NCBI GenBank assembly: GCA_963803435.1
Contig: CAWDML010000001.1
Coordinates: 2,784,001-2,848,000 of the forward strand
Source: an uncultured delta proteobacterium
GTDB taxonomy: Bacteria; Myxococcota; Kuafuiibacteriia; Kuafuiibacteriales; Kuafuiibacteriaceae
Direction of reading: 5' to 3'
DNA length: 64,000 nt
Part shown: positions 35,627 through 44,737 of the stretch, piece by piece
Position numbering within the stretch: the first letter of the stretch is position 1
Layout: each line of letters starts with the position of its first letter
The notes under the pieces: model-generated
Databases searched by the model: none
Told to the model about the DNA's origin: nothing
The model's input: only the letters and a program-made list of their open reading frames with translations
Made by a program: the position numbers and the translations under genes

Positions 35627-36979
35627 ATGCACGAACGCGCGCAGGCTCTGATGGCGGATCTGTATCAGCTCACGATGGCGGCTGGATACTTCAAGCACGG
35701 GCTTCATGGGAAGCGCGTGTCGTTCGAGCTGTTCTTCCGCAGGCTTCCGCCGAACCGCCGCTACATGGTGGCGGCCGGCCTCGAGACCTGCCTCACGTAC
35801 CTTCGCACGCTCCGCTTCACCGAATCGCAGATCGCGTACCTCCGCCAGGTGCCGGCGCTCCGATCGGCGATGAGCTTCGAGTTCATAGAATTCCTCCGCG
35901 ACTTCCGCTTTCGCGGAGATGTCCACGCAATGCCGGAAGGCACCGTGTGCTTCGCGCGGGAGCCGATGGTGCGCGTCACCGGCACGGTGCTGGAGGCGCA
36001 GCTCGTCGAGACCTTCCTGCTCTCCGCGATCAACACCGAGACGGTGGTGGCCAGCAAGGCCTCGCGCATCGCCCGGGCCGCCGGCGACTCCGAGTGCCTC
36101 GAGTTCGGGACGCGCCGCACCTCGCCGGAGGAGGCGGTCGCGTCGGCGCGGGCTGCCTACCTCGCCGGGTTCAGCGCCACCTCGAACGTCGAGGCCGGCT
36201 ACCGCTACGACATCCCGATCTCCGGCACGGCCGCGCACTCCTGGACGATGTCGCATCCGAGCGAGCAGGACGCGTTCGCGCACTACGTGGCCGCGTTTCC
36301 CAACCACAGCATCCTCCTCGTCGACACGTACGACACGATCGAAGGCACCAAGCGGGCGATCGCGAGCGCCGGCGCCCGGCTCAAGGGCGTCCGCCTCGAC
36401 AGCGGCGATCTCCTCGTCCTCTCCAAGGCGGTCCGCGAGCTCCTCGATCGGGCAGGCCTGAGGGACGCGATCATCGTCGCCTCCGGAGATCTCAACGAAT
36501 ACAAGATCCAGGAGCTCCGCGACGCCGGCGCCCCGATTGACGTCTGGGGCGTCGGGACCGAGCTGGTCCGCTCGATCGATCATCCGACGCTCGGCGCCGT
36601 CTACAAGATCGTCTACGACCACACCGAAGACCGGCCGGTGTCCAAGCTCTCGCAGGGCAAGGCGAGCCTCCCCGGTCTCCACCAGGTCTACCGCAAGCGC
36701 AAGGACGGCGCGGCCGAGCGTGACGTGATTGGGACGCTGGAGGAATTCCACGTCGAGAGCGAGCCCCTCCTGGTCCAGTGGATGAGCGGCGGCGAGCTGG
36801 TGCACGAGCTTCCTTCGCTCTCCGCGATCCGTGCGCACTGTCGGGCGCAGCTGGCCGCCTTGCCCGAAGATTGCCGGCGCCTCGACCCGGGAGCGCCTCA
36901 GTATGAGGTGGTGCTCAGCGACGCGCTCACGCAGCTCATCGAGGAGGTGAGCGACCGCGAGCGCGCCGAGAACCGATGA
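35627..36979 (+). CDS. pncB: Nicotinate phosphoribosyltransferase
   Basis: ADLYQLTM, FELFFRRLP, EFGTRR, ATSNV, GTAAHSW, LVDTYDT, GVRLDSGD, ASGDLNE, GVGTEL, GAVYKI. Confidence 0.96.
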   Translation: MHERAQALMADLYQLTMAAGYFKHGLHGKRVSFELFFRRLPPNRRYMVAAGLETCLTYLRTLRFTESQIAYLRQVPALRSAMSFEFIEFLRDFRFRGDVHAMPEGTVCFAREPMVRVTGTVLEAQLVETFLLSAINTETVVASKASRIARAAGDSECLEFGTRRTSPEEAVASARAAYLAGFSATSNVEAGYRYDIPISGTAAHSWTMSHPSEQDAFAHYVAAFPNHSILLVDTYDTIEGTKRAIASAGARLKGVRLDSGDLLVLSKAVRELLDRAGLRDAIIVASGDLNEYKIQELRDAGAPIDVWGVGTELVRSIDHPTLGAVYKIVYDHTEDRPVSKLSQGKASLPGLHQVYRKRKDGAAERDVIGTLEEFHVESEPLLVQWMSGGELVHELPSLSAIRAHCRAQLAALPEDCRRLDPGAPQYEVVLSDALTQLIEEVSDRERAENR

Positions 36980-36989
36980 GGAGAAGGCG

Positions 36990-37620
36990 ATGGATCGCAT
37001 CCGAATTCACGTCGACGTCGACACTCAGTACGACTTCTGCGACCCGACCGGCGCGCTCTTCGTGCCAGGCGCGCCGGTCGCGGTGGAACGTGCGCGCCTC
37101 GTGGTGGCGCGCGCGGTGGAGCGCGGCGAGCTCTTGATTCGGATCCGTCGATTCGCACGACTTCACCGCGTGGGAGTTTCGCGACCGAGGCGGACCGTTC
37201 CCGCGGCACTGCGTCAAGGGCACGCCGGGCTGGCTGAAGATGCCGGGGACGCTCCCGGAGCGGGCGGTGTTCGTGCCGAACGTCGCCGGGCTCGATCCCT
37301 CGGTGGTGCCGGAGGGCGCCACCTCCGTGCTGTTCGAGAAGGAGGTCTACTCGATGTTCGCCAACCCGTCGGCCGAGCCGCTGATCGATGCGCTCCTCGA
37401 GCGCCGCGGGCTGCGCCGGGAAAGCGTGGAAGCGACGGTGTTCGGCGTCGCCACCGACTACTGCGTCGAGGCGGCCGCGCTCGGCCTGATCGAGCGCGGG
37501 TTCGCGGTCGCGGTCGTCACGGACGCGATCGCCGCGGTCGAGCGCGAGGGCGGGAGGAAGGCGCTGGCGAAGATGGCAGCGGCCGGGTGCCGTCTGATCA
37601 CCACGGAGAGCCTACGATGA
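36990..37620 (+). CDS. pncA: Nicotinamidase (isochorismatase family); frameshift near 37140
   Basis: VDVDTQYDFCDPTGALFVPGA, then shifted DSHDF..FPRHCVKGTPG, LFEKEVYSMF, FGVATDYCV. Confidence 0.88.
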
Positions 37621-39266
37621 AGATCGCGCTGGCGCAGATCAACACGACCGTCGGGGCGTTCGAAGCCAATCGCGGGAAGATCCTGGCGGGGATCCGGCGC
37701 GCGGTGACGGACGGCGCCGACCTGGTGCTCTTCCCCGAGCTCGCGCTCACCGGCTATCCCCCGCTCGACCTCCTCGAGCGCCCTCCCTTCCTCGACCGCG
37801 CGGAGCAGGAGGAGGCGCGGATCATCGCCGAGATGCCGGCCGGGATCGTCGCGATCTTCGGCAACGTGGCCCGCCGGCCCGCCCCACCGACGTACGGGCG
37901 CTCCATTCTCAACACCGCGGTGGTGTGCCGGAGGGGTGAGCTGATCAAGCGCGTGTCGAAGACGCTGCTCCCCACCTACGACGTCTTCGACGAGGCCCGC
38001 TACTTCGAGTCGGGCGGCCACGCGCACGGCAACGTGATCGCCGCCGGAGAGGGGCGGGTCGGGATCTCGATCTGCGAGGACGTGTGGAACGACGAGGAGT
38101 GGGACCAGCGGCTCTATCCCATCGATCCGATCGCGCAGCTCATGGAGAGCTCCCCCGAGGTCCTCGTGAACATCTCGGCGTCGCCCTGGGCGCGAGGCCG
38201 GCGCACGCTCCGTCGGCAGATCGTGGCGAGGGCGGCGCACCGTCACGGAGTGCTGGCGGTCTACCTCAACCTGGTGGGCGCGAACGATGGGCTGATCTTC
38301 GACGGCACCTCCGTGGTGTTCGGGCCTGACGGTCAGCAGCTCTTCGAGGGTCGCTCCTTCGAAGAGGACTACGCCGTGATCGACACGGGAGCGCTGCCCG
38401 CGCCGATCACGCCGGCGCCGCGGGATCAGATCGAGGGCGTGCGGGACGCGCTGGTGCTCGGCGTCCGCGACTACTTCCGGAAGACCGGACTCACGCAGGC
38501 GGTCGTGGGTCTCTCGGGCGGCATCGACTCGGCGGTCACCGCGTACCTGGCGGCCGAGGCGATCGGCCCGGAGAACGTGATCGGAGTCGCGATGCCCAGC
38601 CGCTTCTCCTCGGAGCACTCCGTCCTCGACGCGGAGGCGCTCGCGCGGAACCTCGGGCTCCGTTTCCATCTGATCCCGCTCCAGTCGAGCTTCGTCAGCA
38701 TGCTGGCGACACTGGCGCCCGCCTTCGAGGGGCTCGAGCCGGACATCACCGAGGAGAACATGCAAGCCCGCTTGCGCGGCGTGATCCTGATGGCGATGTC
38801 CAACAAGTTTGGGGGCATCGTGCTGGCGACGGGCAACAAGAGCGAGACTTCGATGGGGTACTGCACGCTCTACGGCGACACCAACGGGGCGCTGGCCGTG
38901 CTGGGCGATCTCTACAAGCACCAGGTCTACGCGATCGCGCGGCTGGCCAACGCCGACCGGCTGCGGATCCCGGAGTCGACGATCACCAAGCCGCCGTCCG
39001 CCGAGCTGCGCCCGGACCAGAAGGACGAGGACTCCCTGCCGCCCTACCCGGTCCTGGATCGGGTGCTCGAGCTCTTCATCGAGAAGCGGGCGGGCGTGGA
39101 GGCGATCGCCGAGGAGGTGGGCATCAGCCGGGAGCTGGCGGGCAGCATCATCAATACCGTCTATCGGAACGAGTTCAAGCGGCGGCAGCTCCCGCCGACC
39201 CTGCGCGTCTCCGACAAGGCATGGACCGGACGTTACTACCCGATCGTCCAGCGCTTCAGCGAGTGA
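37617..39266 (+). CDS. nadE: Glutamine-dependent NAD+ synthetase
   Basis: CN-hydrolase domain (FPELALTGYPP, KTLLPTYDVFDEARYF, ICEDVW) plus synthetase domain (GLSGGIDS, ENMQARLRG, TGNKSE, KPPSAELRPDQKD, EFKRRQ). Confidence 0.96.
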   Translation: MKIALAQINTTVGAFEANRGKILAGIRRAVTDGADLVLFPELALTGYPPLDLLERPPFLDRAEQEEARIIAEMPAGIVAIFGNVARRPAPPTYGRSILNTAVVCRRGELIKRVSKTLLPTYDVFDEARYFESGGHAHGNVIAAGEGRVGISICEDVWNDEEWDQRLYPIDPIAQLMESSPEVLVNISASPWARGRRTLRRQIVARAAHRHGVLAVYLNLVGANDGLIFDGTSVVFGPDGQQLFEGRSFEEDYAVIDTGALPAPITPAPRDQIEGVRDALVLGVRDYFRKTGLTQAVVGLSGGIDSAVTAYLAAEAIGPENVIGVAMPSRFSSEHSVLDAEALARNLGLRFHLIPLQSSFVSMLATLAPAFEGLEPDITEENMQARLRGVILMAMSNKFGGIVLATGNKSETSMGYCTLYGDTNGALAVLGDLYKHQVYAIARLANADRLRIPESTITKPPSAELRPDQKDEDSLPPYPVLDRVLELFIEKRAGVEAIAEEVGISRELAGSIINTVYRNEFKRRQLPPTLRVSDKAWTGRYYPIVQRFSE

Positions 39267-39949
39267 ACGACGTCAGAACAGTGGAGCGGCGGCTCGGCGT
39301 CGCGGTCGACATCGTCGTATTCACGGTGGTCGACGGGCGGCTCGAGGTCCTGCTCACGCGCCGGCCCAGCGAGCCGTTCGAGGGGCGGTGGGCGCTGCCC
39401 GGCGGCTTCGTTCGAGTCGACGAGAGCGCGGATGCCGCCGCCGAGCGGGAGCTCCGCGACAAGGCAGGCGTCGAGGACGTGTTCCTCGAGCAGCTCTATA
39501 CCTTCAGCGCGCCCGAGCGGGACCCGCGCTCCCGCGTGGTCTCGGTCGCGTACTACGCGCTGGTGTCGCAAGACAAGTTGCAAAATCGCGAAGGGACCCG
39601 CGAGCCGCGGTGGTTCGGGATCTGGACTGATGAGGAGGAGCGGGTGCACGTGGGGCCACACCGCGACGAGCTGCCGATCGCGTTCGATCACCGCGAGATC
39701 CTGCAGACGGCCGTCGATCGCATCCGGGGCAAGATCGACTATGCCCCGATCGGATTCCAGCTCCTCCCGCGATGCTTCACGCTCACGGACATCCAGACGA
39801 TCTACGAGGCGGTGCTGGGACGCCCGATCGACAAGCGGAACTTCCGCACCAAGCTGCTCCGCTCCGGCCTGGTCCGCGAGGTGGACGCGTTTCGCAAGGG
39901 ACCGCACCGGCCCGCGCGGCTCTACGAGTTCACGCACCGGACGTTTTGA
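39263..39949 (+). CDS. nrtR: Nudix-related transcriptional regulator NrtR
   Basis: VAVDIVVF, WALPGGFV..AAERELRDKAG, LEQLYTF..RDPR, AFDH, and winged-HTH FTLTDIQTIYEAVLG..DKRNFR..RPARLY. Confidence 0.92.
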   Translation: MNDVRTVERRLGVAVDIVVFTVVDGRLEVLLTRRPSEPFEGRWALPGGFVRVDESADAAAERELRDKAGVEDVFLEQLYTFSAPERDPRSRVVSVAYYALVSQDKLQNREGTREPRWFGIWTDEEERVHVGPHRDELPIAFDHREILQTAVDRIRGKIDYAPIGFQLLPRCFTLTDIQTIYEAVLGRPIDKRNFRTKLLRSGLVREVDAFRKGPHRPARLYEFTHRTF

Positions 39950-39960
39950 GCCGGCAGGCG

Positions 39961-41607
39961 TCAGCTCTTCTGCTTGCGCTTTCGCATCTCGATCAGCCTG
40001 AGCTCGGTGGCCGCCTCGGCGAGTCGCGGGTTGAAACGCACCGCTTCCTGGAAGTGTTGCGCGGCCTCGTCGATCTGTCCCTGCTCCCGCAACAGGCGGC
40101 CCAGGTAATAGTGGTAGCGGGCGCTCTTGCGCTGGGCGTCGGTGCCACGGACGATCGTCTTCTCGATCGCGTTCTCTAGCAACGGGCGGGCCCGGGCGAC
40201 CACCTCGCTGCGGTCGACCTCCGGATCCATGATCAGAGCCCAGGCCAGGTTGGCCTGGTAGTCCAGCACGTCCGCCTTGAGCTCCATGGCCGCCTGGAAC
40301 ATCTCTCGGGCCTGCCGGTAGTCGCCCTTGCGGACGAACACGATGCCCATCTCGTTCCGGGTCCGGGCCAGATCGGCGTCGGCGACCGGCGCGGCGTGCG
40401 GCTGATGTTCGGCGACGTATTCCCGGCGGCGCTGGCCGTCGCTGAGGATCCGGTAGGCGATGCCGAGGCGGCGGACGGTTTCGACCGCCATCGTCAGGAC
40501 CGACTGCGGGACGCGACCGCGGAGACGCTCCGGGTCGTAGCGGCGGGCCTTGTGAAGGTAGGCGCGCGAGATCTCCTGTGGGCTCGCGGACTCGCTGACG
40601 CCGATCAGCTGAAAGTGATCGAGCTCCTCGAGCTTCTTGTTGATCTCGAGCAGCTCGTTGAGCACCGAGCCCTGATCCTCCTCCGGTGCCTGGGGCGCCT
40701 GGTCCGCGGGGACGTCGGCGCGCTGGCCCTGCTGCCAGGCTTCCACCGCCTGCCGCAGCTCCGCGTTGAACGGGTCGAGCTCGAGGGCCTCGAGGCCGAA
40801 GCGAGCACACTCCTGAACGCGCCCGGCCTGCTCGAGAGCGAGGGCGCGCCGCGCGATCTCGCGCGCCTTACCGACCTTCTCGGGGAAGACCTCGCTCCAG
40901 ACCTGACGCAGGTGATCCATCGGCTCGCCGGCCGCTTCGCGCTCCTTCACCCGGGCCAGGCCGTGATGGAAGTCGTAGTGGAGGCGCCGGAGCGGGTTGG
41001 CGAAGAGCGCTGCCGTGCGCTCGAGCTGCCGGCACAGCTGAACCAGGCGCGCGGCCTTGGGCGGCGGGCAGTCCGAGGGCGGATGCGCGAAGCGATGGCA
41101 GAGCTCGGAGATCGCGGTCTGGATCTGCTCCGGGGTCGCGCCGGCCGGGACCTGGACAGCGCCGTAGAGATCGGACGCGGTGAGCGCCTTGGCGATGCGG
41201 CGGGCCTCCTCGAAGAGCACCTCCAGCGGCTCAGTGTCGGGCTCGACCGCCAGATCGCCGGTCAGTCGCTCGGCAAGACCGTCGACGTAACGCTCGATCC
41301 GAGTGCGGACCTCCTTGGAGAGATCGACGAACTGGACGCCGACTCCGGCGGGCTGATGGAACGCCTTCGCAGAGACCAGATCGACGATGTGCACCACCCG
41401 GCCGTTGAGCCGAACGCTACCATCGGGCGTGGCGAGCCGGATCTGGAGCGCGGCACCCATCGCCGGCGGCGCGTCGGTCTGGATGAACATGCCGCCCTTC
41501 GAGATGTCGACGGTCCAGAGCTGGTGCAGCTCTGCGCGATCGGAGATCTCCACCTCGACCTTCTGCTGATCAACAAAACGTGGGTGCTTTCTGAGATGTG
41601 CGTCCAC
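39961..41607 (-). CDS. PilZ / two J-like domains / TPR multidomain protein
   Basis: RKHPR..DISKGGMFI PilZ domain; DLYGAVQV..ATPEQI and DHFQLIGVSESASPQEISRAY J-like starts; C-terminal TPRs. Confidence 0.8.
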   Translation of the reverse strand: MDAHLRKHPRFVDQQKVEVEISDRAELHQLWTVDISKGGMFIQTDAPPAMGAALQIRLATPDGSVRLNGRVVHIVDLVSAKAFHQPAGVGVQFVDLSKEVRTRIERYVDGLAERLTGDLAVEPDTEPLEVLFEEARRIAKALTASDLYGAVQVPAGATPEQIQTAISELCHRFAHPPSDCPPPKAARLVQLCRQLERTAALFANPLRRLHYDFHHGLARVKEREAAGEPMDHLRQVWSEVFPEKVGKAREIARRALALEQAGRVQECARFGLEALELDPFNAELRQAVEAWQQGQRADVPADQAPQAPEEDQGSVLNELLEINKKLEELDHFQLIGVSESASPQEISRAYLHKARRYDPERLRGRVPQSVLTMAVETVRRLGIAYRILSDGQRRREYVAEHQPHAAPVADADLARTRNEMGIVFVRKGDYRQAREMFQAAMELKADVLDYQANLAWALIMDPEVDRSEVVARARPLLENAIEKTIVRGTDAQRKSARYHYYLGRLLREQGQIDEAAQHFQEAVRFNPRLAEAATELRLIEMRKRKQKS

Positions 41608-41720
41608 CGTCTGCGGCCCAGTCTAGTACATGAAGAGGATCTTCGCGTAGACGAGGAACAGCGGTCCTATGCCGAATTGGGTCTCAAAGTAGTCGCGCCT
41701 CCGCGCGCAGGCGTACTCCC

Positions 41721-42242
41721 TCAAGGGTCGTCGAGGAGACGATCGAGATGCGCGGCGAGCTCGTCGATCGTCGAAAGCCGGTAGCCGACCTGGCGCCAAA
41801 CGACGGTTCCGCCGGGATCGATCAGATCGAGCTGAGGGAGCGCGTTCACCTGATAGCGGCGGCTGAGGTCACCGTCCTCGTCGGCGATCAGCGGCGAGGA
41901 GATGCCGAGCTGCTGCGTCGCAATGAGCCGCATCGCGTCGACACCCTCGGGATCCCGATCGACCGACACGAAGACGACCAGGAGGCCGCGCGCTCGATAC
42001 GCCTCCGCCAGATCTCGGAGCATCGGCCACTCGAGCATGCACGGTCCGCAGTAGGAGGCGCCAAACGACAGGAGCACAGCGCCGTGTGCGGCGATCGCCT
42101 CGTCGAGATCCACGGTCTCCGTCTGGCTCCACTCGCGATTGAGGGTGGAGAGGCTGAATCGCGGGGCCTGTGCGCCGACGCGGGCCTGATCCGGGCCGTG
42201 CGTACACGCGCACGCCAGCATCAAGGGGACGGCCCGGACCAT
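41721..42242 (-). CDS. TlpA/ResA-like thioredoxin-fold redoxin
   Basis: VGAQAPRFSL, LLSFGASYCGPC, YQVNALP, LIDPGG. Confidence 0.85.
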   Translation of the reverse strand: MVRAVPLMLACACTHGPDQARVGAQAPRFSLSTLNREWSQTETVDLDEAIAAHGAVLLSFGASYCGPCMLEWPMLRDLAEAYRARGLLVVFVSVDRDPEGVDAMRLIATQQLGISSPLIADEDGDLSRRYQVNALPQLDLIDPGGTVVWRQVGYRLSTIDELAAHLDRLLDDP

Positions 42243-42314
42243 CCGGTGAAACTATCACCGAACAGCTCCCTTGACTCTTGCGACGCCGGGGCGGTCAGAG
42301 AGAGGCGACAGCTC

Positions 42315-43619
42315 ATGAAACGCTGCTGGTCCTGGTTTCTGCTGATCGTGTCGCTCGTTCCCTCCCTCGCGCGCGCAGAAGAGACGCTGACGATCGACCG
42401 CGCGATCGCGCTGGCGCTGGATCGCAACGAGCGGACGAAGATCGCGGATCGACAGGAGGACGCAGCGGAGGCCCGGGTCGATCGCGCCGTCTCCTTCTTC
42501 ATTCCGGACCTCGACGCCTCGGCGAGCTACACGCGCCGGGCGTTCGAGACCGTGCGCGACTTCAACGGCGAGAGCGTCGTCCTTCAGAGCAAGAACTCGC
42601 TCCGCGCCAGCGCCGCGCTCGACCTGACGCTCTTCGACGGCCGCGGCTTCCCGCTCTACCGGAGCGCGAAGCTGGACCGCGAGGCGGTGCGGGCGAGCGC
42701 GAAGGACCAGCGGCGTCGTCTCGCGTTCGACGTGGCGACGGCCTTCCTGAGCTCGCTGGCCGCGGGCGACGTAGTGCGTGCGGCCGAGCGCCGCCGTGAG
42801 TTCGCCCGCACCACCTTGCGGGACGCCGAGGCGCGGTACCGGGCGGAGATGGCGCGCGGCAGCGACGTCACGCGAGCGCAGATCGAGCTCGCGAACGCGG
42901 AGATCACGCTGTCGCACGCGCGGAGCGATCAGGAGACCGCGTATCTGCGGCTCGGGTTCCTGATCGGCGGCCCGATCGGCGGCCCGCTGGCGGAGCCCGC
43001 CGATCTGCTCGCGTCCGCGCGGACCTCGTCCGTGGCGGCGGCGCCGCTGGTGGAGGAGGCCGAGGGATCGCGGCTCGACCTGGCCGCGCTGCGGTTCGAG
43101 GCCGACTCGCTGTTCGCCTTCGCCGCGGAGCCGCTCTGGCGGATGGTGCCCAAGCTGGCGCTGCACTCCGAGATCTTCGCCGGCAACGAGGCCGGCTTCA
43201 GCGGCCACAGCGTCGACGGCTTCGCCGGGCTGACGCTCTCCTGGAACGTGTACGACGGCGGCGAGCGCTACGCCGATCGATCGGAGCGCACCGCGGCGGC
43301 GACGATCGCGGAGCTCCAGGCCGATCAGCTGCGGCGGCAGACGAGCCTCCAGATCGAGGAGGCGCTGGCCGCGCTCCGGACGGCGCGCCAGGCCGTCATC
43401 CACGCGCAGAACGCCGCCGAGCAGGCGACCGCCCACGCCGAGCAGATCTCGGCGCTGTATCGTCAGGGGCTGGCCACCTCGCTCGAGGCGAGCGACGCCA
43501 GCGTTCTCCGCTTCGAATCCGAGATCAATCTCGCGCGCGAGCGCTATGGGCTGGCGGAGGCGCTGCTCGATCTGCGGCTGGCGCTCGGCGTCGACCCGCT
43601 CGGTCATGAGGTGAGCTGA
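42315..43619 (+). CDS. TolC-family outer-membrane efflux channel
   Basis: Signal peptide, LTIDRAIALALDRN, duplicated TLFDG/NVYDGG motifs, LYRQGLATSLE. Confidence 0.9.
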   Translation: MKRCWSWFLLIVSLVPSLARAEETLTIDRAIALALDRNERTKIADRQEDAAEARVDRAVSFFIPDLDASASYTRRAFETVRDFNGESVVLQSKNSLRASAALDLTLFDGRGFPLYRSAKLDREAVRASAKDQRRRLAFDVATAFLSSLAAGDVVRAAERRREFARTTLRDAEARYRAEMARGSDVTRAQIELANAEITLSHARSDQETAYLRLGFLIGGPIGGPLAEPADLLASARTSSVAAAPLVEEAEGSRLDLAALRFEADSLFAFAAEPLWRMVPKLALHSEIFAGNEAGFSGHSVDGFAGLTLSWNVYDGGERYADRSERTAAATIAELQADQLRRQTSLQIEEALAALRTARQAVIHAQNAAEQATAHAEQISALYRQGLATSLEASDASVLRFESEINLARERYGLAEALLDLRLALGVDPLGHEVS

Positions 43620-44737
43620 TGAGGAGGAACCATCTCTCGCTGCTGCTGCTGCTGCTGCTGATCGCGTGCAGCAGAGAGAGCACCTCGAAGGCGGACGGAA
43701 AGCGGCCGCACGTGATGGAATACCCGGTGGAGACGCGGCCGGTCGCGTCGCGCGCCGTCGAGTTCGAGGTGAACGCCGTGGGTTCGGTGGCGGCGTTCGA
43801 GCGCGTGCGCGTGACCGCCCGCGTCGCCGGCGTCGTCGAGAAGGTCCGATTTCGCGAGGGCGACGTGGCGAAGGATGGGCAGGTGCTGGTCGAGATCGAG
43901 CCGGCGCGGTTCGCCACCGCTGTCGACGCCGCCAAGGCCACCCTCGAGCGTGCGGAGGCCGGCGAGGCCGAGGCGAAGGCCGGGCTGGCGCGGAGACAGC
44001 AGGCGCTCGAGGCCAGCCCGGGGCTGATCACGGGCGAGGAGCTGGAGACCTGGAAGACCAAGATGGCGGTGGCGGGCGCAGAGGCGGCCCAGGCGCGCGC
44101 GGCGCTGGAGCAGGCGCAACTGAACTTGCATGATGCGTATCTGCGCGCGCCGATCGCCGGCTCGATCCAGACGCGGACGGTGGAGACCGGACAATATCTG
44201 ACCCCGGGGGACGTGGTCGGCACGCTGGTGCGTCGCGAGCCCTTGCTGCTCAGGTTTCAGCTCCCCGAGGCCGACGCGCACCGGATCTCGCGCGGCATGA
44301 CGGCACGCTTCCGGGTGGCGACGGATCAGGTCGAGCACTCGGCCAAGATCACGCACATCGCCGACGTCGCCGACTCGAGCACGCGCATGGTGGCCGCCAC
44401 CGCCGAGGTCTCGGGCGCGAACGACGCGCTGCGGCCAGGCGCTTTCGCCAACGTGACCATCACCGTCGGAGAGCAGAAGGCCGCCGTGCTGGTCCCCGAG
44501 TCCGCGATCCGGCCCAGCGAGAAGGGCTTCCTCTGCTTCGTGGTCGAGGACGGCAAGGCCGCCGAGCGCGTCGTCGAGCTCGGCATGCGCACGGGCGACG
44601 GTCTGGTGGAGGCTCGAAACGGGATCGACGCCGGCGAGCAGCTGGTCGTCCGCGGGGTCGAGCCGCTGAAGGACGGGGCTGTCGTCCGCGTGGTCTCAGA
44701 GCTCAAGTCCGGCGCGGGACAGGGCACCACGCCATGA
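43619..44737 (+). CDS. RND periplasmic adaptor (membrane fusion) lipoprotein
   Basis: Lipobox LIAC, VTARVAGVV..FREGD, RAPIAGSI, LRPGAF, LVPESAI. Confidence 0.92.
   Translation: MRRNHLSLLLLLLLIACSRESTSKADGKRPHVMEYPVETRPVASRAVEFEVNAVGSVAAFERVRVTARVAGVVEKVRFREGDVAKDGQVLVEIEPARFATAVDAAKATLERAEAGEAEAKAGLARRQQALEASPGLITGEELETWKTKMAVAGAEAAQARAALEQAQLNLHDAYLRAPIAGSIQTRTVETGQYLTPGDVVGTLVRREPLLLRFQLPEADAHRISRGMTARFRVATDQVEHSAKITHIADVADSSTRMVAATAEVSGANDALRPGAFANVTITVGEQKAAVLVPESAIRPSEKGFLCFVVEDGKAAERVVELGMRTGDGLVEARNGIDAGEQLVVRGVEPLKDGAVVRVVSELKSGAGQGTTP

Noticed and set aside
36990-39266. Apparent PncA-NadE fusion
   Set aside because: Caused by an indel near 37140. PncA continues in another frame to TGA 37620, overlapping the nadE ATG at 37617.
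43640-43660. (CTG)7 tract as a phase-variation site
   Set aside because: It is an in-frame poly-Leu run forming the hydrophobic core of a lipoprotein signal peptide; slippage would not switch expression.
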